This document shows, one piece after another, positions 27,853 through 38,103 of a DNA stretch of 57,993 nucleotides. The translations under genes and the position numbers were made by a program. The notes under the pieces were generated by a model. That model was given only the letters and a program-made list of their open reading frames with translations, did no database searches and had not been told where the DNA came from. The first letter of the stretch is position 1, and the number at the start of each line of letters is the position of its first letter. The DNA is taken from positions 1 to 57,993 of the forward strand of contig JBEVGU010000006.1 of assembly GCA_040511595.1 (NCBI GenBank), written 5' to 3'. The DNA comes from Actinomycetota bacterium (lineage in GTDB: Bacteria; Actinomycetota; UBA4738; HRBIN12).

Positions 27853-29060
27853 CGATCGCGCCGATCCGGGGGGCGGCGACCGGCGCGGCCCTCGGGCGGT
27901 GCACCGATGACGTCGAGCGGTTCCTAGCCGAGGACTGGGCCCGGCGAGCCGACGTCTTCCGGGGAACGGACGCGGGTGGATTCGCCGACCTCCTCACCCT
28001 CGACGACGTCGACCGGTTCCTGACCACGACGGCGCTGCGCACCCCTTTCTTCCGCTTGGTGCGGGCGGGGGAGCGCATCCCGGAGACGTCCTACACGCGG
28101 TCGGGCCGAGCCGGCTCGCGCGACGTCGCGGGCATCGCCGATCCGGCCGCGGTCGCGGCGATGTTCGAACAGGGCGCGACCATCGTGCTGCAGGGCATGC
28201 ATCGTTGGTCGGAGCCGGTCACGCGGTTCTGCCGCGAGCTCGAGCTGGAGCTCGGCCATGCGTGTCAGGTGAACGCCTACATCACGCCGGCCGGGGCGCA
28301 GGGACTCGACCTGCATCACGATCCCCACGACGTCTTCGTGCTGCAGGCGTTCGGCCGCAAGCGATGGGAGGTGCATCCCGCGCCCGCGGAACCGGATCGC
28401 CCGCCGCTGGAGCTCGAGGTCAAGCCCGGCGACACGATCTACATGCCGACCGGCACGCCGCACGCCGCGGCGGCGCAACGGAGGGTCTCCGGTCACCTCA
28501 CGGTCGGCGTGCACGTCTCCAGCTGGCGGGACGTCCTCGGTGGGGCGTGGACCGCCGCTGTTGCAGATCCGTCGCTGAACGATCCGCTGCCCCCCGGATG
28601 GCTGCACGATCCCGGCGCCCTCGCGGTCGAGCTCGGGTCTCGGCTGCGCTCGGCGGCGGACCGCCTCGCGGCGGCCGACGCGGGCGAGACGCTCGAGCGC
28701 CGAGCCGAGCGGTTCCTCTCGGCGAGGGCCCAACTCGGGCGTGGCTCGATCGTCGAGCGGTCGGCGCCCATCGATCTCGACGACGACGCCGTGGTCCGCC
28801 GTCGCGAGGGCTCGGTGTGCGAGGTGCGCCGGCGAGGTGACGAGCTCGTGATCCTGCTCGGTGATCGTCGCGTGCACATGCCGGGGTGGCTCGAGCCCGC
28901 GATGCGACGCATCGCCGCGAGCGAGGGGTTGCGCGTCGGCGATCTCGGCGACGTCGTGCCCGACCGGGCGAGCCGCGCGGTGCTCGTCCGCCGGCTGATC
29001 CGAGAGGGGCTGCTGAGCGCCGTCCAGCCGGAGCCGGCTCCGGGGACCGGACCTCGATGA
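27849..29060 (+). CDS. JmjC/cupin_4 (ROX/YcfD/NO66-like) Fe(II)/2-oxoglutarate oxygenase
   Basis: NAYITP, HHDPHDVFVLQ (HxD), GRKRW, PGDTIYMPTGTPH (distal His), HLTVG and a C-terminal winged helix (LVRRLIREG). Confidence 0.93.
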   Translation: MTIAPIRGAATGAALGRCTDDVERFLAEDWARRADVFRGTDAGGFADLLTLDDVDRFLTTTALRTPFFRLVRAGERIPETSYTRSGRAGSRDVAGIADPAAVAAMFEQGATIVLQGMHRWSEPVTRFCRELELELGHACQVNAYITPAGAQGLDLHHDPHDVFVLQAFGRKRWEVHPAPAEPDRPPLELEVKPGDTIYMPTGTPHAAAAQRRVSGHLTVGVHVSSWRDVLGGAWTAAVADPSLNDPLPPGWLHDPGALAVELGSRLRSAADRLAAADAGETLERRAERFLSARAQLGRGSIVERSAPIDLDDDAVVRRREGSVCEVRRRGDELVILLGDRRVHMPGWLEPAMRRIAASEGLRVGDLGDVVPDRASRAVLVRRLIREGLLSAVQPEPAPGTGPR

Positions 29061-29091
29061 GCGATGGCCCTCGGCGACCGGCCGTAACCGC

Positions 29092-29997
29092 GTGACCGGC
29101 CGGGATCCCGTGGCGTTCCGGCCCGACCGGACCGACCGGTGCTCGTCGCGGAGCGAGGCGGCCCAGGAGCCGCTCGCCGGCACGGCGTCGACGATCAGGC
29201 GATGGCTGTTGGTCGAGCACGGAGGCCCGTGGGGTCGTGACGGTCTGCTCGACGCCCGGCTTCCCGAGGGACTCGGAGCCGCGTTGCGCTCGCTCGAGCG
29301 CCGCACTCGCTGCCGGGTGCTGTTGATCCGGCGCCCGTCGCGATCGGACGGGGTCGGTGCCGCGTGCTTCGCGGTGGACACGGCCGAGGCGTGGATCGGC
29401 GCCACGACGCTCGGCCGCATCGAGGACGCGGCCGAGATGCATCCCTCCGATCGCGCGGGGTTCCCGAACGACGTCGAACATCCCGTGGCGGTGGTCTGTA
29501 CCCACGGGCGCCGCGACGTGTGTTGCGCCGAACGCGGGCGGCCGCTCGCCGCGGCGGCCGCCGTTCGCTTCCCGGGCACGGTCTGGGAGAGCACGCATGT
29601 CGGCGGCGACCGCTTCGCCGGAAACATGGTGCTGTTCCCGCACGGGCTGGTGTTCGGGCGGGTCGACCCGGACCGGGGCGCCGACGTGCTCTCGGCCTAC
29701 GGGCAGGGCCGCATCTCGCTCGACCGGTACCGCGGTCGCACGAGCCATCCGATGCCCGCGCAGGCCGCCGACCGAGCGGTGCGCGAGCGCTTCTCGCTCG
29801 ACCGCATCGACGACGTGCGCGTGCTCGGCGTCGACCGTGACGGAGCCCTCGCCCGGGTTCGACTGGGGCTCGTCGACGGGGAGGTCGTCGTGGTGCATCT
29901 CCTGCGGACCGGCCTGCCGGCGATGCGGCTCACCTGCTCGTCGCGGACCGAGGAGTCCGCCGCCACCTGGATCGTCGAGTCGATCGGTCGGGCCTAG
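29092..29997 (+). CDS. Sucrase-ferredoxin (thioredoxin-like 2Fe-2S, Apd1/Aim32-related) protein
   Basis: WLLVEHGGPWG, VCTHGRRDVCCAERG, WESTHVGGDRFAGN and YRGR; C-terminal LTC. Confidence 0.9.
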   Translation: MTGRDPVAFRPDRTDRCSSRSEAAQEPLAGTASTIRRWLLVEHGGPWGRDGLLDARLPEGLGAALRSLERRTRCRVLLIRRPSRSDGVGAACFAVDTAEAWIGATTLGRIEDAAEMHPSDRAGFPNDVEHPVAVVCTHGRRDVCCAERGRPLAAAAAVRFPGTVWESTHVGGDRFAGNMVLFPHGLVFGRVDPDRGADVLSAYGQGRISLDRYRGRTSHPMPAQAADRAVRERFSLDRIDDVRVLGVDRDGALARVRLGLVDGEVVVVHLLRTGLPAMRLTCSSRTEESAATWIVESIGRA

Positions 29998-30125
29998 GGC
30001 CGACGCAAGGACCGCGGAGAGCGCGAGCGGGGACTGACAGACGCGGGAACCGCGTAGGCGCGGGGGGGCGCTCATCCCGCGTCGGGCCATCGGATGGGTG
30101 TACGTTCCCCCCGGAGGGCCTCGTG

Positions 30126-31298
30126 ATGCGCGGACGTCGATGGCGGGCACTCGCGGCAGCTCTGCTCGTGCTCGCCGCGTGCACGTCGAACCAGGAGCCG
30201 ATGGTCGACGACGTCAGCCCGGCTCCACAGGTGGGGGCATCGTCCACGATCTCGCCGCAGCCCTCGGCCACGCTGGCGTCCGGTGAGGCGCTTCCGGCCG
30301 GCTGTGACCGTCGCGCTCCGGCGGCCGCGCAGACCGTCGCGTTCGTCGCCGACGGGCGGGCGTGGGCGCTCGATCCCGATCGCGAGCGCCTCACCTGCCT
30401 CTTCAAGGTGGATCGCCCCGGCCCGTTCGCCTGGGGCCCTCAGGGCGACCGCGTCCTGCTCGGCGGGCTCGAGGTTCGCGGCGTGACCGACGAGGCCCCG
30501 GCGCTGCCGGGGGTCGACGCGCAGCCGTCCGCCTTCGACTGGGGGCATCCGATCGGCCTGGCGGTCGTGTTCGCGCAGCCGGAGGATCGTCGTCCCGAGA
30601 AGCGGTTCCTGGACGACGGTCACATCGAGCGGCTCCCCCAGCTTCCCGGCGGGACCTACCTGGATGTCGCGTACCACCCGAGCGGGCTCGCGCTCGCCTT
30701 CGTGATCGACCGGGGCGGCGAGCAGTCGATCTGGCTCTCGACCAACGAGGGCGCCGACCCGGTGCGGCTCGTCTTCTCCAAGGGCGGCACGCGGTTCACA
30801 TCGATCGCCTTCACGCCCGACGGCGACCGGCTCGTGTGGACGGCCCAGCATGCGGCCGACTATCCGCAGATCCACTCGATGGATCTCGCCGATCGAACCG
30901 GCTTCGCCGACGGGTGGCGGGGCGAGATCGGCCAGCGCGCGTCCAACCTGCACGTGGCGCCTTCGGGCCGGCTCATGGCGATCGACGAGGGGTCGGGGTG
31001 CGAGGACCGGGAGGCCATGTTCGTCCTCAGCCCGAGGGTCGTGCGACCCGCCCTGCCCGACGCGTCGGGCCCCACGACGGTCGTCGGATGGCTCGACCGC
31101 TCCACGCTGCTCGTGGGCGTCGGAGGGTGCGACGAGCCGCTCGACCTGACCGCCGTCGACGCCGCGGGCCGGACCACCCCGCTCGTCCTCGGGGCCCAGG
31201 TCGCCGGAGCGCGCACCGTGACGACGTCGGCTCCGGATTCCGTTCCTGCGCCGCCGGCCCAAGTCGAGGAGGAGCCGCCGCCCGGCGGCGTCGGGTGA
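30126..31298 (+). CDS. Lipoprotein with a TolB-like beta-propeller
   Basis: Lipobox LAAC; repeated WGPQGD, YHPSG, FTPDGD and APSG blade motifs. Confidence 0.78.
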   Translation: MRGRRWRALAAALLVLAACTSNQEPMVDDVSPAPQVGASSTISPQPSATLASGEALPAGCDRRAPAAAQTVAFVADGRAWALDPDRERLTCLFKVDRPGPFAWGPQGDRVLLGGLEVRGVTDEAPALPGVDAQPSAFDWGHPIGLAVVFAQPEDRRPEKRFLDDGHIERLPQLPGGTYLDVAYHPSGLALAFVIDRGGEQSIWLSTNEGADPVRLVFSKGGTRFTSIAFTPDGDRLVWTAQHAADYPQIHSMDLADRTGFADGWRGEIGQRASNLHVAPSGRLMAIDEGSGCEDREAMFVLSPRVVRPALPDASGPTTVVGWLDRSTLLVGVGGCDEPLDLTAVDAAGRTTPLVLGAQVAGARTVTTSAPDSVPAPPAQVEEEPPPGGVG

Positions 31299-31343
31299 TA
31301 GCGCTTCGTCTCGCGGCCGGTCGGTCGCGCTAGGCTCGGTGAG

Positions 31344-32261
31344 GTGGAGACGCGCAGGGTCGGGTCGCTCGGGGTGTCGGTCGTCGGGCTGGGGTGCAAC
31401 AACTTCGGCGGCCGCCTCGACGAGGAGCGGACCCGTGCGGTCATCGACGCCGCGCTGGGCGAAGGCATCACGCTCTTCGACACGGCCGACAACTACGGGA
31501 ACACGCGAAGCGAGGAGTTCCTCGGTCGCATCCTGGAGGGCCGTCGCGACGGGGTGGTGCTCGCCACCAAGTTCGGCGGGTGGCGCGAGGACCTCGGGCG
31601 AGAGGGCGGCGCGAGGCCCGAGTACGTGCGCGAAGCCGCGGAGGCGAGCCTGCGGCGCTTGCGGACCGATCGCATCGACCTCTACCAGCTGCACACGCCC
31701 GACGAGACCACGCCGATCGCCGACACGCTCGGCGCGCTGGACGAACTCGTGCGGGAAGGCAAGGTGCGCGAGATCGGATGCTCCAACTTCACCGCGGCGG
31801 AGCTACGGCAGGCCGACGGGGCGGCCCGGGCGTCGGGCGGGGCGCGGTTCGTGAGCGTCCAGAACGAGCTCAACCTGCTGGCGACCGATGACGTCGACGA
31901 CGGCCTTTCGAAGGCCGCCCGTCTCGGCATGGCCTACATCCCGTACTTCCCGCTCGCCAGCGGACTCTTGGCCGGCAAGTTCCGGCGCGGGGAGCCGCTG
32001 CCCGCCGGGACGCGCGTGGCGGGGTGGCCGGCGGAGCGCCGGGACGAGCAGCTCACCGACGCGACGTGGGACCGCATCGAGGAGCTCACGCGGTTCGCCG
32101 AGGAACGAGGCCACTCGCTGCTCGAGCTGGCCTTCGCGTGGCTGCTCACCAAGGAGCCGGTGGCCTCGGTGATCGCCGGCGCGACCGCACCGGAGCAGGT
32201 CGCAGCGAACGTCGCCGCGAGCCGGTGGCGGCCGCCGGCGTCCGAAATCGCGTACCCTTAG
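31344..32261 (+). CDS. Aldo/keto reductase
   Basis: GLGCNNFG, FDTADNYG, ATKFG, IDLYQLH, IGCSNF and PYFPLASG. Confidence 0.95.
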   Translation: METRRVGSLGVSVVGLGCNNFGGRLDEERTRAVIDAALGEGITLFDTADNYGNTRSEEFLGRILEGRRDGVVLATKFGGWREDLGREGGARPEYVREAAEASLRRLRTDRIDLYQLHTPDETTPIADTLGALDELVREGKVREIGCSNFTAAELRQADGAARASGGARFVSVQNELNLLATDDVDDGLSKAARLGMAYIPYFPLASGLLAGKFRRGEPLPAGTRVAGWPAERRDEQLTDATWDRIEELTRFAEERGHSLLELAFAWLLTKEPVASVIAGATAPEQVAANVAASRWRPPASEIAYP

Positions 32262-32422
32262 CAACGAACGCGTCGATCTTCCACCGGGAGATCACGCGCG
32301 ACGATGTCTCGCGATCTTCCGCACGTTCCGCCCTTCCCGGGCGTTCTCTGCGTCAGGCGCCTGTCCTCGACGCGCAGCGACGGGCCTCCACGAGGCCACG
32401 ACCAGGGAAGGAACCTCGAACC

Positions 32423-33652
<1,230 letters not shown>

Positions 33653-33700
33653 GCGAGCGGGCGCGATCCGGTCGACGAGCGACCGGCGAACGGCTCGCGT

Positions 33701-34120
33701 CTACTCGACCGTGAACTCCGTGTGCATGCCCTGGGCGTAGTGGCCGGGCAGGTTGCAGATCAGCACGTATGCGCCGGCGTCGAGGTTCACCGCGAGCTCG
33801 GCGGAGCTGCCGCCGGCGATGTCCTCGACCTCGTCGATGTGCTCGACGCCCTCGCCCTCTTCGTCGACGTCGCCGTCCTCGTTCGTTGGGAGGGCATCGG
33901 GGGCGAGGTCGGTCTTGAACACCACGAACTCGTGGGTCTGCTCCGCGTCGTTCTGGATGTCGAAGGTCACGTCGCCCGCGGGCGCCGAGGATTCGTCGAG
34001 CGTTATCGAGAAGTCCGCCTCGGTCACCCCCACACCGCCGGAATCGCTCGAACACCCCACAGCCACGAACAGGGCGGCCGCGGCCCCCATCACCGTGTAC
34101 CGCCGCATCCTATCCAGCAT
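33701..34120 (-). CDS. Cupredoxin (blue-copper, sulfocyanin/auracyanin-like) lipoprotein
   Basis: Lipobox AVGC; HEFVV and CNLPGHYAQGM type-1 Cu ligands. Confidence 0.88.
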   Translation of the reverse strand: MLDRMRRYTVMGAAAALFVAVGCSSDSGGVGVTEADFSITLDESSAPAGDVTFDIQNDAEQTHEFVVFKTDLAPDALPTNEDGDVDEEGEGVEHIDEVEDIAGGSSAELAVNLDAGAYVLICNLPGHYAQGMHTEFTVE

Positions 34121-34308
34121 GCCCGCCTCCTCCACCGATCGAAACGATCCCGTCGTCTCGAGTCTAGGGTCGGGCCCCCGATCGGCGGCCCGTGATGACG
34201 ATCCGCTCATGCGTGCGTCATCGTTCCGTCATCCGGCATGCGCGCGGCAGATGACGGCTCGGTCATCCGCCTGGTGTCGAGGCGCGCGCCGTGCCTAGGA
34301 TGCCGGAG

Positions 34309-34974
34309 ATGCCCCAGGTGCTGGTCGTCGACGACGAACCGCGGATCGTGGACTTCGTCGCCCGCGCCCTGGCGGCGGAGGGCTTCGGGGTCGACCGCGC
34401 CGCCGACGGCGTTCGAGCGCTCGAGATGGCCCGGACCGGTCGGTACCAGCTCGTCGTCCTCGACCTGCTGCTGCCGGGCAGGGACGGCGTATCGGTCCTC
34501 GAGGAGCTGATGCAGACCCGGCCGGAGCAGCGGGTCCTCGTGCTCTCGGCGCTGGCCGACGTCGAGAACAAGGTGCGCTGTCTCGACCTCGGCGCGTCGG
34601 ACTACCTGCACAAGCCGTTCGCGCTGAGCGAGCTCGTCGCACGCGTCCGCGCGAGGCTGCGGCAGCCGGCGTCCGGGCCTGGGGAGCGGTTCGTCGAGCT
34701 CGGTGGGGTGACGCTGGATCTGGTGCGTCGAACGGCCGACGTGGGCTCGGGCCCGGTCTCGCTCAGCGAGCGCGAGTTCCTGCTGCTGCGCCACCTGATG
34801 TCCCAAAGGGGCGGGGTGTCGACGCGCGACCAGCTGCTCTCGGAGGTCTGGGGGTATTCCTTCGACCCCGGGAGCAACGTGGTCGACGTCTGCGTCGGGC
34901 GGCTGCGCGCGAAGCTGGGGGCCCTCACGATCGAGACGGTGCGCAATGTCGGATATCGCTTCAACGCTCCATAG
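34309..34974 (+). CDS. OmpR-family response regulator
   Basis: VVDDE, LDLLLP, KPF and the winged helix SNVVDV...ETVRNVGY; leaderless TAGGAT-7nt-ATG. Confidence 0.95.
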   Translation: MPQVLVVDDEPRIVDFVARALAAEGFGVDRAADGVRALEMARTGRYQLVVLDLLLPGRDGVSVLEELMQTRPEQRVLVLSALADVENKVRCLDLGASDYLHKPFALSELVARVRARLRQPASGPGERFVELGGVTLDLVRRTADVGSGPVSLSEREFLLLRHLMSQRGGVSTRDQLLSEVWGYSFDPGSNVVDVCVGRLRAKLGALTIETVRNVGYRFNAP

Positions 34975-36040
34975 GCGCTGGGTCGAGATCGCGTGGGGCC
35001 TCTTCGCGCTCGCCAACATCGTCGCGATCATCCTGCTCACGAGATGGGAGACGATCCCGTTTCACTTCGTGTGGGTGAGCCTGACGATCGTCTACGGGTT
35101 CCGGATCTGGCGCCTCGGCAGCACCCTCCTGGTGCTGGGGATCGTCATGGGTCTCACGACGTTCGTGCTCGCGGTGACCGTGGTCCGCGGCCACGAGCAG
35201 CTCGACGAGCTCGCCGAGGTGCCCTTGATGGCCGCGATGTTCTTGGCCATGGTGTGGCACGCGCGGCGCCGCCAGGCCGCGATCGAGGAGACGCGGCGCT
35301 TCGCCGAGAACGAGCACCGTCTCGTCGAGGCTCAGCGAGGGTTCATCAGCGACGCGTCGCATGAGCTCCGCACGCCGATCACGATCGCCCGCGGGCACGC
35401 GGAGCTGGTCCGCGAGGCCTCCGAACTCCCGGCCCAGACGCACGAGGACGTCGAGGTGGTGCTCGACGAGCTGGCCCGGCTCTCCCGCCTCTCGGAACGG
35501 TTGCTGATCCTCGCGGCCGCCGAGCATCCGGGGTTCCTCTCGGTGAGTGCCGTCGACGTCGGCGCGTTGATGGCGGGGGTGCAGCGCCGGTGGCATGGCA
35601 CCGCCGACCGTTCCTGGACCGTGCGCGTCGACGGACCGGGCAGCGTGCGGCTCGACCGCGAGCGGTTCGAGATCGCGCTCGACGCGGTGGTCGAGAACGC
35701 GGTGAACGCTACCGAGGAAGGCGACCCCATCCGGATCGAGGCGCGCGGCGAGGGCCCCGACTTGGTCGTCGAGGTCGCCGACGGCGGCTCCGGGATCCCC
35801 GAGGAGCAGCTCGAGCGCATCTTCGACCGGTTCACGCGGGCCGACGCCGATCGCGCCCGCGGCGGCGGCGGCACCGGCCTCGGGTCGCCCATCGCGCGGG
35901 CGATCGCGCGCGCCCACGGCGGCGACCTGACGGCACGGAGCGAGCCAGGCCGCGGCACGGCCATGCGCTTCCGGATCCCGGGGTTCGAGCCGCGGGCGGC
36001 GACAACTCCGCGGGACCCTGCGCTCACGCGGCTCGCATGA
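34946..36040 (+). CDS. Membrane sensor histidine kinase
   Basis: N-terminal TM helices; H-box SHELRTP, N-box ENA, DGGSGI, F-box and GTGLG. Confidence 0.93.
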   Translation: MSDIASTLHRRWVEIAWGLFALANIVAIILLTRWETIPFHFVWVSLTIVYGFRIWRLGSTLLVLGIVMGLTTFVLAVTVVRGHEQLDELAEVPLMAAMFLAMVWHARRRQAAIEETRRFAENEHRLVEAQRGFISDASHELRTPITIARGHAELVREASELPAQTHEDVEVVLDELARLSRLSERLLILAAAEHPGFLSVSAVDVGALMAGVQRRWHGTADRSWTVRVDGPGSVRLDRERFEIALDAVVENAVNATEEGDPIRIEARGEGPDLVVEVADGGSGIPEEQLERIFDRFTRADADRARGGGGTGLGSPIARAIARAHGGDLTARSEPGRGTAMRFRIPGFEPRAATTPRDPALTRLA

Positions 36041-36066
36041 GACCTTCGCCGCGTCTCGACCGTCGG

Positions 36067-36321
36067 ATGGCCGATGCCCCCGAGACCCGGCCGGGGGACA
36101 CTGGCACGATGACCTCCCCTTCCTGCCAGTACGTCGACGTCGCGCTCTCGCTGCAGCAGACGATCCGGGAACGAGCGAGCCGAGACCATGGAACCGCGCC
36201 CGGTCTCGTCATCGGTGAGCCGTGCGGCGAGCCGTCGGTGGGATCCGTCGCCGCGGCGGACGGCACGCGCGAGCACTTCTGCGGCCGTCATCCGCTGGAA
36301 CCGAGAATCATCCGCGACTGA
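36067..36321 (+). CDS. Possible small hypothetical protein with a C..C..CxxH pattern
   Basis: Tail of ORF 35590..36321 that fills the gap; no clear SD or known motif. Confidence 0.3.
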   Translation: MADAPETRPGDTGTMTSPSCQYVDVALSLQQTIRERASRDHGTAPGLVIGEPCGEPSVGSVAAADGTREHFCGRHPLEPRIIRD

Positions 36322-36408
36322 GCCGACGACGAAGGAGTTCCGTGAGCGTTCGCCGGGCGGCGCGACCCGCATGCATGAACCCGGTGACATCAGGGAAGGA
36401 ACCATGGC

Positions 36409-36573
36409 ATGCAGCGATCTCGGATGTTCCACGAACTGAGACGAGCCACGACCCCGAACCAGATCGCCGAGGCGTTGTGGCTGGCGAGGGCCTGGCTGCT
36501 CGCCCACCCGGACGACGAGGAGCTCCGCGACGAGATGGGACGTCTCATCGCGCGTGAGCGGGGAGCGGCCTAG
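36409..36573 (+). CDS. Small hypothetical protein (54 aa), below the ORF-track cut-off
   Basis: MQRSRMFHELRRATTPNQIAEALWLARAWLLAHPDDEELRDEMGRLIARERGAA; GC3-rich codons; GGAAGGA upstream. Confidence 0.5.
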   Translation: MQRSRMFHELRRATTPNQIAEALWLARAWLLAHPDDEELRDEMGRLIARERGAA

Positions 36574-36622
36574 CGGAGCCGTCGCCCGGGGGCAGGTTGC
36601 CCCGACGGCGACCGAGGGGTGA

Positions 36623-38047
36623 TCACGCGGCTTCGAGCAGCGCCCGCTCGTCCGCGAGCGCGATCACGAGGTGCCCGCGGGCGTTCGGGTGCAACGGCGC
36701 CGGGTCGTCCCACCCCTGCACGTAGGACTGGTCCGTGCAGAGCTCGTGCCCTTCGAAGTCCGGCTGGACCGATCGGTAGCCGAACGTCTCCGCTCCGCGC
36801 CCGAGCACCTGATTCACCGTGGCCAGCCGGTCGGTCAGCACCTCGATCTTCTCCTGCGTGAGCCCGAGCGCCTCCAGGCAGTCGAGCCGCGGGTCGAACG
36901 GCACGTAGTACCGGTTGATCAGCACGAGTGGATCGCCGGGCAGCGTCGCGAGCTGGCGCAGCAGCTCGTAATAGTCCTGGATGAAGTCATCGAGCGAACG
37001 CTGGAAGTAGGCCGTGAGCGCCCGATCGTCGCAGGAGTCCGCCGCGCCGCAGAGGAACACGAGGGTGCTCCAGCGCATGTCGTTGGCCCCGACGTTCACG
37101 ATGACCACCTCGGCCGCGGTCGCGCGCTTGGCGACCGCCAGCTGCGGCGGGATGCGGCGTCCGCCGGCGGTCTGGGCGCCGAGCACGCCGTGTTCGATCG
37201 TCGCGCCGCTGCACCCGAGGTTGTCGACGCTCCAGTCGTTCACCCGCCCGAGTATCCGGGCGAACGCGAAAGCGCTCCGCTCGCACGCCTCGTCGTCGGG
37301 GGTGGCATCGGGCAGCGGCGGGCCGCCGAGCCCCGCTGCCGTGGAGTCACCCATCACGATCGCCTGCACGAGCGGTTGCGACGGCCCCTCGGCGGCGGCG
37401 ATCGGGCCCGATGGCTCGCGTCCCACGAGTTCGTCGAGGCTCCCGACCTGGCGCAGGATGCCGGGAGCCGTGAACGCCGTGACCATGATCGCGCTCACGT
37501 TCACCGCCTCGACGAACAGCAGCCCGCCCAGCACGGCGATCAGGGTCCGCCTGCCGTCGTAGCGGCGCCAGCCGGCGACCGCGCCGAGCAGCACGACCGC
37601 GCCGAGGGCGACGAACGCGATCTCCCAGACGAAGTAGCGCCGCCATCCGGCGGCGAGCGCGTCGCCCACCTCCTTCGCTGCCGCGGCACGCCCGGGCGGG
37701 GCGAACGCGTCCTCGATCTGGGCCGTGATGCTGATGTCGGTGACGATCACTCGCGGTCGAACGGGGCCGACGAAGTGCACCCGCGTGGGCAACGGTTGCC
37801 CGAACAGCACGATCTCCCCCGGCCCGGACGTGCTGAGGGTCGGTGGCGCCGTGCCGACCGCGACGGTCTGCCCGAGCGCCGAGACCGCCTGGACGGGCGT
37901 CACCCCGAGGGCGAACGCGATCGAGGCCGCGGAGACGAGGAGCAAGGTCGCGACGACGACCAAGCCCCGCACGGCCTGCCGTCGCCTCGGGCGACGGGCG
38001 TCTCGGACGGACGTCGCCGCCTCGTCGATCGTCGTGCTCGAAGTCAC
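36623..38047 (-). CDS. Membrane-anchored SGNH/GDSL hydrolase
   Basis: MGDSTAAG, CSGA, GAND and LHPN blocks; N-terminal TM segments. Confidence 0.88.
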   Translation of the reverse strand: MTSSTTIDEAATSVRDARRPRRRQAVRGLVVVATLLLVSAASIAFALGVTPVQAVSALGQTVAVGTAPPTLSTSGPGEIVLFGQPLPTRVHFVGPVRPRVIVTDISITAQIEDAFAPPGRAAAAKEVGDALAAGWRRYFVWEIAFVALGAVVLLGAVAGWRRYDGRRTLIAVLGGLLFVEAVNVSAIMVTAFTAPGILRQVGSLDELVGREPSGPIAAAEGPSQPLVQAIVMGDSTAAGLGGPPLPDATPDDEACERSAFAFARILGRVNDWSVDNLGCSGATIEHGVLGAQTAGGRRIPPQLAVAKRATAAEVVIVNVGANDMRWSTLVFLCGAADSCDDRALTAYFQRSLDDFIQDYYELLRQLATLPGDPLVLINRYYVPFDPRLDCLEALGLTQEKIEVLTDRLATVNQVLGRGAETFGYRSVQPDFEGHELCTDQSYVQGWDDPAPLHPNARGHLVIALADERALLEAA

Positions 38048-38103
38048 CACTCGACCCTACCCACGGTTCGCGACTTCTCGGGGACGGCCCGTACCATCCC
38101 GGC

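Noticed and set aside
27495-27910. Alternative-frame repeat ORFs (PSVPS on the minus strand, TATAP on the plus strand)
   Set aside because: These are shadow frames of the DGT peptide; only the DGT frame has an SD, GC3 bias and coupling to the next gene.
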